Assembly: GCA_963710645.1 (NCBI GenBank)
Contig: CAVQBD010000003.1
Span: 176,450 to 240,449, forward strand
Direction of reading: 5' to 3'
DNA: 64,000 nt
Source: an uncultured Holophagae bacterium
Lineage (GTDB): Bacteria; Acidobacteriota; Thermoanaerobaculia; Thermoanaerobaculales; Sulfomarinibacteraceae
Shown piece after piece: positions 47,586 through 56,275 of the stretch. Position 1 is the first letter of the stretch; every line of letters starts with the position of its first letter. The notes under the pieces were generated by a model that ran no database searches, had not been told where the DNA came from, and was given only the letters and a program-made list of their open reading frames with translations. A program made the translations under genes and the position numbers.

Positions 47586-48191
47586 TCACTTACGCTCGTA
47601 GAGGATCTCCATGGACTTGAACTCGCCGGTGGGGGTGATCATGAACATCTCCATCAGCTCGTTGCCGCCGTCAAGCTTGGTGACCACGCCGCGAGTTTCT
47701 TCGATATTCTTGGTCATCGGATCGACGTAGTCACCGTAAAAGACGCCGATTCCCTTCTCGAAATCCCACTCCCCGTCCGAAGTCATGATCCCGGTGGACA
47801 TGTTGTCGAGCCAGGTGCCCCACCATTTCCCGGTCACGTTGTTGTAACCGGTGAGACCCCGTCCCTCGAAGGGCTGGCCCATGACCGTGCCGTGCACCGT
47901 CTCCTCGAGGTATCGTCCGCCCATGATCATCTTTCGCGAGGCGGTCCCGGTGGAAACATCCGGCTCGGCGCCAGGCTCCATCCATGATTTCACCGTCATC
48001 TTGAACTCGCCCGCCATCTTGGCCATCTCGGCATGCTCCGGTCCAGGGGTCATGGACGCCTGCCACGCCTTCATCATCGCCTGCTGTTCGGTGCTCATCT
48101 CCGGAGCTTCCTGGGCGAGAGCGAGGCCGGAAAAGAAAACCAACACAACGAACACACACGCCATACTTCGGTTTCTGAACTCCACTTCCAT
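47586..48191 (-). CDS. DUF1579 domain secreted protein
   Basis: GGAGG RBS; signal peptide; TPGPEH, MGGRYL, PFEGRG.TGYNN, W.DNMSTG, MEI.Y.RK. Confidence 0.85.
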   Translation of the reverse strand: MEVEFRNRSMACVFVVLVFFSGLALAQEAPEMSTEQQAMMKAWQASMTPGPEHAEMAKMAGEFKMTVKSWMEPGAEPDVSTGTASRKMIMGGRYLEETVHGTVMGQPFEGRGLTGYNNVTGKWWGTWLDNMSTGIMTSDGEWDFEKGIGVFYGDYVDPMTKNIEETRGVVTKLDGGNELMEMFMITPTGEFKSMEILYERK

Positions 48192-48308
48192 TGGCTTCCT
48201 CCGCGGTTGTGAATTTGTGTCGGACATCATAACCGGCCTCGCCGACCACGGCAATCGCCCTCCCGGCAGTCAATACCTACGGTGCACGACTGACCCACCT
48301 CGCGATGA

Positions 48309-48336
48309 TTGACAATTTCGGAACCAAACCTATATT
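48309..48336 (+). promoter_or_regulatory. Sigma70-type promoter
   Basis: TTGACA-16nt-TATATT in an AT-rich segment upstream of 48427. Confidence 0.6.
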
Positions 48337-48426
48337 CAAATCATATATTTGCATCGAATTCGTGAGAACACTACTCTCGATTGAGATTGCCCAACCCACG
48401 TGAAACACCGAAAGTTGAGGCTGGTC

Positions 48427-50022
48427 ATGCCCCGAAAAAGCATCTGCCGCTGGTTCGTCACCGTCATCTTCGCCGCCCTCCCCGCTCTTCCCAGCTCGGC
48501 TCAGGTCGAGTGGGTTTCTTCGGTCAACGGGCAGGGGTGGGTCCAGGGAATGGAGATCGATGCCGAGACGGGCGACGCCCTCCAGGTCGTGGACACCTTC
48601 ACCAACCACAGCGGAGGGACGGTTGCCGTGGACCTCCATCAGTCCTTCGTGACCGACGAGGTGTCCTACATTGCCCATACGGTCACCAGCGGAACCGTCA
48701 CCCAGCCGGACAGCGAGGTCCGGTGGGCTCTCATTCTCGGCGCATGGCAATCCGCAACTCTCACCGTCTATTTCGCTGTGGATCCGTGCAACTGGCCCGA
48801 GAGTGACATCCAGCGACTGTGGGTCAATGAGAACCAGCGGCGCGACGTCACCGTCGACAAATGGCTGCATGATCTCCAGATCGACAGCAGCTACGAGGCA
48901 GAGGTGTTTTCTGGTCAACCGGCAGCGTTCCAGCTGCAAGCCGGAAACGCTGGCGGTTATGAGAACAACGCCGAAATCTGGTGCGTCTTCTCTCCCAACG
49001 CACCCTTTGGTGACGCAAGCCCGCCCGCGACGTATGTGGATCCAACCGGTCTCACAGCCAACTGGGAACTTGGCGACCTGAGCAATGGCTCCTCCACCTC
49101 GATCACCGTTACGGCAGACGTCGAAGAGGGTCTCCCAGTTGGCACACCGGTGCCAACTCTGTGCTCGATCCAGGACCACACGGGAGTCCTCGTGGCCAAC
49201 ACCAACATCGCCCACACGACGGTGTCCAAAACCATTTGGGAAACCGCCGTAGATTCACAGGCATGGTTCCCCGGATTGACCACCGTCCACGAAACCGGCG
49301 ACACCATCGAAGTCATCGAGGCACTCTACAATCGGTCGGGAGAGTCCATCGACGCCTACTTGACTCAGGGCTTCGGACCGTCCCAGCTCTCCCTGCTCGA
49401 CGTGTCCGTGTCCCAGGGCAGTGTCACCCAAAACCCTGGCAACACCAGTTGGCAGGTTCAGATTTCAGTCGGGCAAACCGTAACCATGACGGGACTCTAC
49501 TCTGTTGAACCCTGCACCTGGATCGAAAGCGTTATCAACACAGAGTTGGCAGAGACCAACGAAGTGCGCACGATCCTCATCGAAAAGACACCGGCGGACC
49601 TGTGGATCGCGAGTACCTATGACCCTCCGGTCACACCCGGACAGACGGCATCAATCGAGCTCCACTACGGCAACGACGGCGGCTACGAAAACAACGTTGT
49701 GCTCTGGTGCAACCTGCCTGACCAGGCGCCCTTCAACGAATCCCAGCCGCCGCCGGACTTTGTCGACCCGGATGGCCACGCGGTCCGCTGGGACCTGGGC
49801 GATCTGGCCAATGGCGACGCCGGTGCCATCGAACTCACCGCAGACATCGATGAAGGGCTGCCGCCGGCCGTCCAGATCGAGATCCTGTGTCAAATCTTCG
49901 ATCACGTCGACGGGTTGGCTGGGGAAACGGTGATCACCCTCATCACCATCGACGCCACGGTGATTTTCGAAGACGGGTTCGAATCGGGAGATACCTCTTG
50001 GTGGTCCGAAACTGTGGCGTGA
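48427..50022 (+). CDS. Secreted beta-sandwich (DUF11-like) protein with internal duplication and C-terminal tag
   Basis: Signal peptide; two ~245-aa repeats (ETGD...PC.W.ES...GN.GGYENN...WC...W.LGDL.NG); ends IFEDGFESGDTSWWSETVA. Confidence 0.85.
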   Translation: MPRKSICRWFVTVIFAALPALPSSAQVEWVSSVNGQGWVQGMEIDAETGDALQVVDTFTNHSGGTVAVDLHQSFVTDEVSYIAHTVTSGTVTQPDSEVRWALILGAWQSATLTVYFAVDPCNWPESDIQRLWVNENQRRDVTVDKWLHDLQIDSSYEAEVFSGQPAAFQLQAGNAGGYENNAEIWCVFSPNAPFGDASPPATYVDPTGLTANWELGDLSNGSSTSITVTADVEEGLPVGTPVPTLCSIQDHTGVLVANTNIAHTTVSKTIWETAVDSQAWFPGLTTVHETGDTIEVIEALYNRSGESIDAYLTQGFGPSQLSLLDVSVSQGSVTQNPGNTSWQVQISVGQTVTMTGLYSVEPCTWIESVINTELAETNEVRTILIEKTPADLWIASTYDPPVTPGQTASIELHYGNDGGYENNVVLWCNLPDQAPFNESQPPPDFVDPDGHAVRWDLGDLANGDAGAIELTADIDEGLPPAVQIEILCQIFDHVDGLAGETVITLITIDATVIFEDGFESGDTSWWSETVA

Positions 50023-50074
50023 GGCACAATCAACTCGTGTTCAAAACGCCCTAGCGTCTTCTCACGCTGCGGGA

Positions 50075-51100
50075 TCAATCAAAGCTGCGAGGACTTCCCA
50101 AACGCTTCATCTCGGTGACGGTCCCGTCGGTTGACGACATGCTCACCGCCATCGCCACCCCTCCCTCTCCGATCCGAAACTCCCAGATCCCACCTGTGGA
50201 GTCCTCGAAGCGATTCGCGCCGGTATGGGACAGGATCGCCGGCGACACATCGGCCCACAGCGGCACCGCCACCAGAAAATCGCCGCACACGGTCTCCACG
50301 TTCCAGGTCCGCCGGCGGTCAGGATCCGCAGCCCCGCCGTACTCACCCGACACGCTCTCCCGAAGCTGGGCGTCGGAGATCCGTTTGGCGGCGTTGTAAC
50401 GGTGGAGCACTTCGCAGAACTCGGACTCGTGAGCTGCCTCGGGCAGCGGGGCCTCTGCCCGACCCGACGAATGGGTCTCCGCCCGTGGCGCCTTTGGCGG
50501 CTCGGCCGTGGCGCCGGCTGCCCCCATCTGTTGCGCGGCAGCCAACGCTCCCTCGAGCTCCTTCATCTGTTCTGGCGTCACACCCATGGCGGCTAGGGTC
50601 GCCGGATCGACGCCCAGTCCGCTCAGTCCGTTCACCTCGCCGCCACCGCCGTCGCCGCCCAGTCGTGCCAGTTCGACTCGGGCGTGGTCGTTGTTGGAGT
50701 CCAGCTCCAGCGCTCGCTGGTAATACATGCGCGCCGCCATGGTGTTGTCGGCTTCCACATAGGCGTCGGCAATGGCATTCGCAGCGGCGGCCGAGGAGCC
50801 ATGGATCATCTGATTCAATTGCAGGACCTCGATGGCGATGTCAGTGCGCCCCTCGCCCAGGAGGGACCTTCCCACGCCTTCGATCCCCGACTCGTCGATC
50901 TCGAATCTCTGTTGCTGGTTCATATCCACCAGGATTGCCTGCCGGATGTCGTCAAAGTCCCCCGCGTTCACCGCCGAGGCGATGGCCGTCGACGCGAGCT
51001 CTTTGGCCGATACCTGGGCCGATACTCCCATGACCAGGAGTCCACACGCGACCAGGCAGAACATCCCTCGACCCGAGGCGGAGCTTGAATACATGCCCAT
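50075..51100 (-). CDS. Secreted TPR-containing hypothetical protein
   Basis: GGAGGA RBS; signal-like N-terminus; TPR-like AIEVLQLN...IADAY...YYQRALELD. Start uncertain. Confidence 0.7.
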   Translation of the reverse strand: MGMYSSSASGRGMFCLVACGLLVMGVSAQVSAKELASTAIASAVNAGDFDDIRQAILVDMNQQQRFEIDESGIEGVGRSLLGEGRTDIAIEVLQLNQMIHGSSAAAANAIADAYVEADNTMAARMYYQRALELDSNNDHARVELARLGGDGGGGEVNGLSGLGVDPATLAAMGVTPEQMKELEGALAAAQQMGAAGATAEPPKAPRAETHSSGRAEAPLPEAAHESEFCEVLHRYNAAKRISDAQLRESVSGEYGGAADPDRRRTWNVETVCGDFLVAVPLWADVSPAILSHTGANRFEDSTGGIWEFRIGEGGVAMAVSMSSTDGTVTEMKRLGSPRSFD

Positions 51101-51241
51101 GAGTCCTCCGATATTTGCGCCGCCCACATCCTTCGTGAGAGACAGCCAACGACATTCTTGAACTGGATTGACGACCAGGATGATACAACATCTCAATCCT
51201 GTCCCGACAACTGAACGCAACGGTGGTGGCGACGCGTCAGT

Positions 51242-51958
51242 CTATTCCAGGGTTGACGCCACGTTTCTGAGGATCGTCGCCGGTTGATCAGTGATCATCC
51301 GGTGATGGGACACGATGATCCTCGACAGGTCTGGAGTGTCGGCCAGGCGTCTGAGGTGGGCGGCAAAGGCAGCCCGGTCCTTCACCGCGAGCCACCGGAA
51401 AAGCCGACTGACCCGGGGGCCGCCGGTGGAACAGGTTCCGTACCGGAAGAAGAGCCCGGCAACGCCCCGTCCGTGCGGCATGTTGAACAGAGCGTCGTTG
51501 AAGACCAGGGTGGTTCCACCTTGCGAACGCACCATCATCACGCCCTCGGATGAAGCAACACCGTCAAGAATCTCGAGGGACGCCGTATGCCCGCCGTCAA
51601 AGCCGTCGTATCCGGCATCCACCCGCACCACCTCCTCGATCTTCTTTCTTCCCCCCCTGGGTGCCCGAACCTCGATCTCCGGATAGCGCGCCACCCAGGC
51701 GGGCGCGTCAAGCCGGTGAAAGGCATTGGGAACCACCAGGACCGCGGGCCGTCCCCACGCCTCGATTTTGGCCATCGAAGGGTCGTCCAGGGCAATGGCG
51801 CTGTGGACGACGATGCGGCCATCCTTGAGCCGAACCAGGGTCATGACCCGCTTCAAGTCCATTTTGGGCAGGGTGCCCTGAACCCGCCACAGGTTGGTTT
51901 CCAGCTCCTCTATTGGCTGATGGGGCAGAACAGTCCACGTCGGGTTCGCCTTCGGCAT
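51242..51958 (-). CDS. DUF4336 / MBL-fold-like protein
   Basis: GAGGGAGG RBS; RVMTLVRL.DG..VVHSA, VVPN.FHRLD, IIVSH. Confidence 0.8.
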   Translation of the reverse strand: MPKANPTWTVLPHQPIEELETNLWRVQGTLPKMDLKRVMTLVRLKDGRIVVHSAIALDDPSMAKIEAWGRPAVLVVPNAFHRLDAPAWVARYPEIEVRAPRGGRKKIEEVVRVDAGYDGFDGGHTASLEILDGVASSEGVMMVRSQGGTTLVFNDALFNMPHGRGVAGLFFRYGTCSTGGPRVSRLFRWLAVKDRAAFAAHLRRLADTPDLSRIIVSHHRMITDQPATILRNVASTLE

Positions 51959-51979
51959 GACGGCCTCCCTCCTCCTCGA

Positions 51980-52630
51980 TCAGTCGGTGAGATGTGCGAG
52001 CACCTCGATGGTTTCCTCCGGCTCCGGCCGGCGGGTGTAGTCGGGATCCATGCGTGCGTAACGAACCACGCCGTCGGCGCCGATGATGTACCGCGCTGGC
52101 ATGGGCAGGGTCCAGCTGTCCTCCCCCTGGCCCTCGGCAAGATCTATCCCGAACCGCAGGTACAGCGCCTTCAGATCGTCGGGCAGTGACCATCGCAGTC
52201 CATACGCGGCGGCCACCTCGTTGCCCTTATCTCGCAGGACCTCGAACCGCAGCTTGTGTTTCTCTACAAAGCCGCGGCTCCTGTCCATCAACTGGGGTGA
52301 GACCGCGATGACGGTGGCGCCCGCCTCGGCGATTTTGTCGTATACCTTGTTTAGAGCATCCAGCTCTGCATTGCAGTATGGTCACCAATCGCCGCGAAAA
52401 AAGGTCAGCACGACCGGACCTCTGGACAACGCGTCGGCGAAAGCCGTCGGTGTTCCCTGGCTGTCGTTGAGGGTGAAGTCCGGAGCGCGCTGTCCCTCCC
52501 CCACAACTCCGTCCATGATGCCCGAGGCCCTCAGGCCATCGGTTGCGCCGTGCATGATTTCGAGCACCTCCGGCGGCGCCTGTTTCTCGAAGCCTTCTCT
52601 GATGCTATCCAGTCTTGCCTGCAACGACAT
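51980..52630 (-). CDS. AhpC/TSA peroxiredoxin-like selenoprotein (in-frame TGA = Sec, UxxC motif)
   Basis: ORFs 52382-52630 and 51980-52291 are in the same frame. Read-through gives APDFTL...GPVVLTFFRGDW-U-PYCNAELDAL...VIAVSPQ...WTLPMPARYII...DYTRRPEP, 216 aa. Confidence 0.92.
52342..52381 (-). promoter_or_regulatory. Putative bacterial SECIS hairpin
   Basis: Directly 3' of UGA: apical stem AGAGC-(UGGAU)-GCUCU starting 15 nt after UGA, with lower AUAC/GUAU pairing. Confidence 0.65.
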
Positions 52631-52761
52631 TCATGTCCTCCGATGGTCTTCGTTCTATTGTGCTGCTAAGAAGGCGCCGTCGAAGACCCGACGACAAATC
52701 ACGAGCAACACCGGTCACAACATCCGGGCCGAACAAGGTATTGCAGAGGATCCGCGGCCAA

Positions 52762-53634
52762 TTACCCGTGAAGGGCGTTCCACTCGGCGATCTTCTCCTG
52801 CAACCGCTGCTTCAATTCGTTTTTGGCAGCCTCCGCCTGCAGGTAGATCTCCTCAGCCCGGTGAAAGTGGAGGGTTCGGAATTCCCTCAACTCCGGTTTG
52901 ATGTAGATATCGGGTGCGTGGGCCTCGAGTTCGCGCTCCACAATGGCCTGCTGCATGATCTGGATCGAGCCGAAGATGTTGTTGAAGTAACCCGGCACCG
53001 ATCCGTACTCTGCCGCGCTGCCGGAGTTGATGTCGATGGCCACCACGATGTCGCAGGAATCCGTCAGCACGTCGTAGGGAACCGGGTTCGCGGTGCCGCC
53101 GTCGATGAGCACCCGCCCGCCGATCTCCACCGGCGGAAAGAGACCCGGCAGGGCCATGCTGGCCTGGACGGCGGGCTTGAGCGGCCCCGAATCGAGCACC
53201 ACAGTCCTCCGTTCCCAGAAGTCGGTGGCCACGACCTTGAACGGAATCGCGAGGTCCTCGAACGTCTCACACGAACGGTCCTGACAGAGTCCGGCCAGAA
53301 CCGTCTCGGCCTTGACCAAACCGCTGGTGCGGAAGCTGGGGTCGATGAGCCCAATCCACCGGCCGACCTTGCGATCGGAGAACACGCTTTTCACGGTGTC
53401 GCTCTGCAGGTAGGCGAAGTCCTTGATTGTCTCGCGTATCTCGGCGGCCGGCAACCCTGACGCGTAAAGCGCGCCCATGACCGCACCGATACTGGACCCG
53501 CTCACGCAGTGGGGCGTGATCCCCAACTCGTCGAGAGCTTCCAACATGGGGATGTGGGCCACGCCCTTGGCCCCGCCCGCTCCGAGTGCGATTCCTATTC
53601 TGGGCTCCCCGCCACTTTTCTTTCTCCCGGACAT
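52762..53634 (-). CDS. Patatin-like phospholipase
   Basis: ALGAGGAKG.AHI, GSSIG, ASMALPG.F, DGG..NPVP. Confidence 0.93.
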   Translation of the reverse strand: MSGRKKSGGEPRIGIALGAGGAKGVAHIPMLEALDELGITPHCVSGSSIGAVMGALYASGLPAAEIRETIKDFAYLQSDTVKSVFSDRKVGRWIGLIDPSFRTSGLVKAETVLAGLCQDRSCETFEDLAIPFKVVATDFWERRTVVLDSGPLKPAVQASMALPGLFPPVEIGGRVLIDGGTANPVPYDVLTDSCDIVVAIDINSGSAAEYGSVPGYFNNIFGSIQIMQQAIVERELEAHAPDIYIKPELREFRTLHFHRAEEIYLQAEAAKNELKQRLQEKIAEWNALHG

Positions 53635-53642
53635 TCAGGACC

Positions 53643-54356
53643 TCAGAGACTCGGCGGCAGCGGTGGTTTGGGACGCTTGAGCAGCGAGCGTCCAGCGACG
53701 AGGAGAATGTACACCAGGTATCCGGCTGACGAAGCGACCCCGGCGACGTAGGTCATGGCCGCTGCCCGCAAAACCTCCCGTGCACCCTCCTGCCCGTCGG
53801 CTGAAATGAGACCGAGTTTATCCAGCTGCCGGAGGGCCCGCTTGCTGGCGTTGAACTCCACCGGCAGGGTCAAAAACGTGAGCAGCATGGCGCCAGCGTA
53901 ACCCAGGATTCCGATCTGCACCATCGCGTTTGAGCCGAAGAAGCTCCCGGCGACCGCCAGCGGCAAGCCGAAACGGGCGCCCGCATTGGCGACCGGCACC
54001 ATGGCCGTCCGGAATTCCATCGGTCGATAATCATCCGCATCCTGGAGGGCGTGGCCGCACTCGTGCGCCGCCACGGCGGTCGCGGCGACACTGTTTCCCA
54101 CAAAGTTGTCGCGTGCGAGCCGCACATGTTTGTTGCGGGGATCGTAGTGGTCCGTGAGCTGACCCTGAACCGGCTCCACAGGAACGGACTGCAGCCCATT
54201 GGCGTCGAGGATGGTCCGTGCCACCCGACCTCCAGGTTCTCCGGTGACGCTCCGGACCCGGCTCCAACGGCTGTAGGTCGACTTCAGTTTTTGCCGGATT
54301 CCGAGAGAAAACACAAAGACTACACCGGCGATGACGTAATAGACGATCGTCTCCAT
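53643..54356 (-). CDS. Membrane zinc metallopeptidase (YugP-like)
   Basis: GQLTDHYDP, AAHECGHALQ, TLPVEFNASKRA, VL.AAAMTYVA. Confidence 0.92.
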   Translation of the reverse strand: METIVYYVIAGVVFVFSLGIRQKLKSTYSRWSRVRSVTGEPGGRVARTILDANGLQSVPVEPVQGQLTDHYDPRNKHVRLARDNFVGNSVAATAVAAHECGHALQDADDYRPMEFRTAMVPVANAGARFGLPLAVAGSFFGSNAMVQIGILGYAGAMLLTFLTLPVEFNASKRALRQLDKLGLISADGQEGAREVLRAAAMTYVAGVASSAGYLVYILLVAGRSLLKRPKPPLPPSL

Positions 54357-54620
54357 TTGCCCCAAACTCCTTCTGTCGACCGGTTCCCGGTCAGGGCATC
54401 ACGCTCTCCCGTGGTCGTCCCTACCTCATATCGATGCAAGTCAATCTACCACCGGAAGCCGGCGCCTACATCCCTCCAAACGGGTCAGAAACAAGAAATG
54501 CTGCCCGGACCTCCGCCGGTATCTGGTGACGCGCAGATTGCTCTTGTAAGCTGGGTCCTCATGTAGACCAACGAATCGTCTCAGGGTCACCGACCGGCAA
54601 CGACCGAAGAGGGGGAGATC

Positions 54621-55319
54621 ATGAGAAAACCGAAAAGACAGTGCGTGCTCTTGGCGGCAGCAATCTTGGTGATGGTGGTTGGAACTGGAGTCGTCGCGGC
54701 CGACGACGCTGAAACTCCCGGGCAGGCGGGCGAAAAGGTCGGTATTGAAGGGCAATTCGTCCGGGTGGCGGAGAACGCCGAGGGATGGGTGGTGGTCGGC
54801 TACCGCACGGCCAATGAATCGGTCAAAGAGGACTGGATGTTGCTCGATATGGGCCTGACCCTGCAAAACGGAGTGAAGGACCAAACCCTCACCCGGGAGG
54901 ATGTCACGCTGGTGACGCCCGACCGCAAGGTCATTCCGCTGCCTTCGCAGAAGACCTACGAGGACGCGTCCGGCGCCCTTCGCTCGCTGAACGCGCGGGC
55001 GTCCATGCAGTCGGATTCCATCAACTACTTCCCACCCGGCACAGACAAACCGTGCCGGATCGGCTTCTTTGCCGACACCACCCATCCCGGGCGGACCCTG
55101 GCTTACGACCAGGTCGACCTCAACAGCCAACGCGCCTGCGTAGGACGGGTCTATTTTCAGGTCCCTGGCGGCATTCAATATGGCCTCTACAACCTCGACG
55201 TGAAATTCGCCGGCAGTACGGTCCGGGTGCCCGTCAAGATCATGACCAAAGACGAGGCGACGGACCTCGCAAAGCAGTGGGAACAGGAGAAGAAGGAGAA
55301 CAAGGACGGGGGCAAGTAA
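54621..55319 (+). CDS. Hypothetical secreted protein
   Basis: GGGGGAG RBS; signal peptide; coherent 232-aa ORF. Confidence 0.75.
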   Translation: MRKPKRQCVLLAAAILVMVVGTGVVAADDAETPGQAGEKVGIEGQFVRVAENAEGWVVVGYRTANESVKEDWMLLDMGLTLQNGVKDQTLTREDVTLVTPDRKVIPLPSQKTYEDASGALRSLNARASMQSDSINYFPPGTDKPCRIGFFADTTHPGRTLAYDQVDLNSQRACVGRVYFQVPGGIQYGLYNLDVKFAGSTVRVPVKIMTKDEATDLAKQWEQEKKENKDGGK

Positions 55320-55415
55320 GTTGGGTTGTCGAGCTGGATCGGGCACCAAAATCAGCCGTTCAACACCTGATCTATCAAACCCATGGGGTTTTAAAGAGCG
55401 GAGGCCCTCAACCAC

Positions 55416-55958
55416 ATGAGCACCCAGATCGCCCTCTTCCGAGGGATCAACGTCGGCGGGAACAATCCGTTGCCCATGAGGGAGCTTGTGGAAGATCTCG
55501 AGGCTCTTGGTCTGAAAAACGTTTCCACCTACATTCAGAGCGGCAATGTCGTATTTGAATGCCTCGATACCGACCAGGTCGATCTCGCCGCCAGGATTCA
55601 ATCGGCGGTCGGTGACCGCCACGGATTCAAACCCCACGTCATGATCCTCGGCGTGGATGAGCTCGAGGATGCCGTGATCTCAAACCCGTTCCGCAGCGCC
55701 GAGTCGGAGCCGAAAACAATCCACCTTTTCTTCCTGGAATCGTCACCCGAAGACCCGGACGTGGAGTCTCTCCGAGATCTGAAGCTGAACACCGAAGATT
55801 TCGAACTCAAGGATCGGATCTTCTATCTCCACGCGCCCGAGGGAATCGGTCGATCAAAGTTGGCAGCGCGGGTGGAACGAGCCCTCGGCGTGCCGGTCAC
55901 CGCGAGAAATTGGCGATCGGTCGTGAGGATCCTGGACATGGCGAAGGCCTGTCGCTGA
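55416..55958 (+). CDS. DUF1697 domain protein
   Basis: IALFRGINVGG, TYIQSGNVVF, NPF, G.GRSKL, TARNW. Confidence 0.92.
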   Translation: MSTQIALFRGINVGGNNPLPMRELVEDLEALGLKNVSTYIQSGNVVFECLDTDQVDLAARIQSAVGDRHGFKPHVMILGVDELEDAVISNPFRSAESEPKTIHLFFLESSPEDPDVESLRDLKLNTEDFELKDRIFYLHAPEGIGRSKLAARVERALGVPVTARNWRSVVRILDMAKACR

Positions 55959-56014
55959 CCAGATCACCCGCGGCCGAGAAAGTGGTGCCGGTCGTGGTGC
56001 GTCAGCTGTCCGTG

Positions 56015-56158
56015 TCCCGGTGCCAGGGCCGACACTTTCAGCCCACTGCCTAGAGATTGGGCACCTCCCGGTGCCAGGGCCGACACTCTCGGCCCACTGC
56101 CTAGAGATTGCAGGGGAGCCCCTCTCACAGAAGGACCAAAGTGTCGGCCCTGGCACCG
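56015..56158. repeat. REP-like cluster: two 45-bp direct repeats plus an inverted copy
   Basis: TCCCGGTGCCAGGGCCGACACTYTCRGCCCACTGCCTAGAGATTG at 56015 and 56066; inverted AAAGTGTCGGCCCTGGCACCG at 56138-56158. Confidence 0.85.
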
Positions 56159-56275
56159 TTGTGGGCACCGTTGTGTTTTGTGGCGCCGACCGGCGCGATC
56201 GTGCGATGATGACGTCAGTGCGATTTCGCGACCGACGATCAGCAATTCGAAGAGCAGCGGACAGAAGGGGTTGAG

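Noticed and set aside
56015-56158. Possible mini CRISPR array
   Set aside because: Only two 45-bp copies separated by 6 nt, plus an inverted copy; no unique spacers and no cas genes. It fits a REP-like cluster.
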